Shown here: positions 63,648 through 64,000 of the stretch, piece after piece
Position numbering within the stretch: the stretch's first letter is position 1
Layout: the number at the start of each line of letters is the position of its first letter
DNA from: the human T2T-CHM13v2.0 reference genome, Homo sapiens
Reading direction: 5' to 3' (one strand)
Assembly (NCBI RefSeq): GCF_009914755.1
Contig: NC_060940.1
Length of the DNA: 64,000 bases
The notes under the pieces: model-generated
What the model saw: only the letters and a program-made list of their open reading frames with translations
Database searches by the model: none
Told to the model about the DNA's origin: nothing
Made by a program: the position numbers and the translations under genes

Positions 63648-63998
<351 letters not shown>

Positions 63999-64000
63999 GC

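Overview
Primate (almost certainly human) genomic DNA that is extremely Alu-rich and holds two head-to-tail genes on the minus strand. (1) GFOD2 (Gfo/Idh/MocA oxidoreductase domain protein): non-coding exon 1 in a CpG-island promoter (~43932-44085), coding exon 2 (10225-10570, ATG at 10483) and the last coding exon (821 to beyond position 1). (2) The 3' part of RANBP10 (CTLH E3-ligase complex subunit; SPRY end, LisH, CTLH, Ser-rich linker, CRA): ten coding exons from 62803 to the stop at 51196, then a ~3.35 kb 3'UTR ending near 47840. All GT-AG junctions were traced by hand and their phases are consistent. The rest is Alu, L1, L2, CR1/L3, MIR, MER20/MER5/MER58, a MER21 LTR with a nested MADE1, and a 3'-truncated SVA. 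Nearly all other ORFs in the supplied track are Alu/SVA or antisense artefacts. I do not see a new multi-gene system. The most interesting observations are local: an Alu whose target-site duplication copied a RANBP10 splice donor, a dense uORF cluster in the GFOD2 leader, a +30 aa alternative acceptor and a candidate poison exon in RANBP10, an extended miR-196 site, and an SVA-Alu fusion junction. Repeat subfamily calls and exon numbering are from memory and are approximate.
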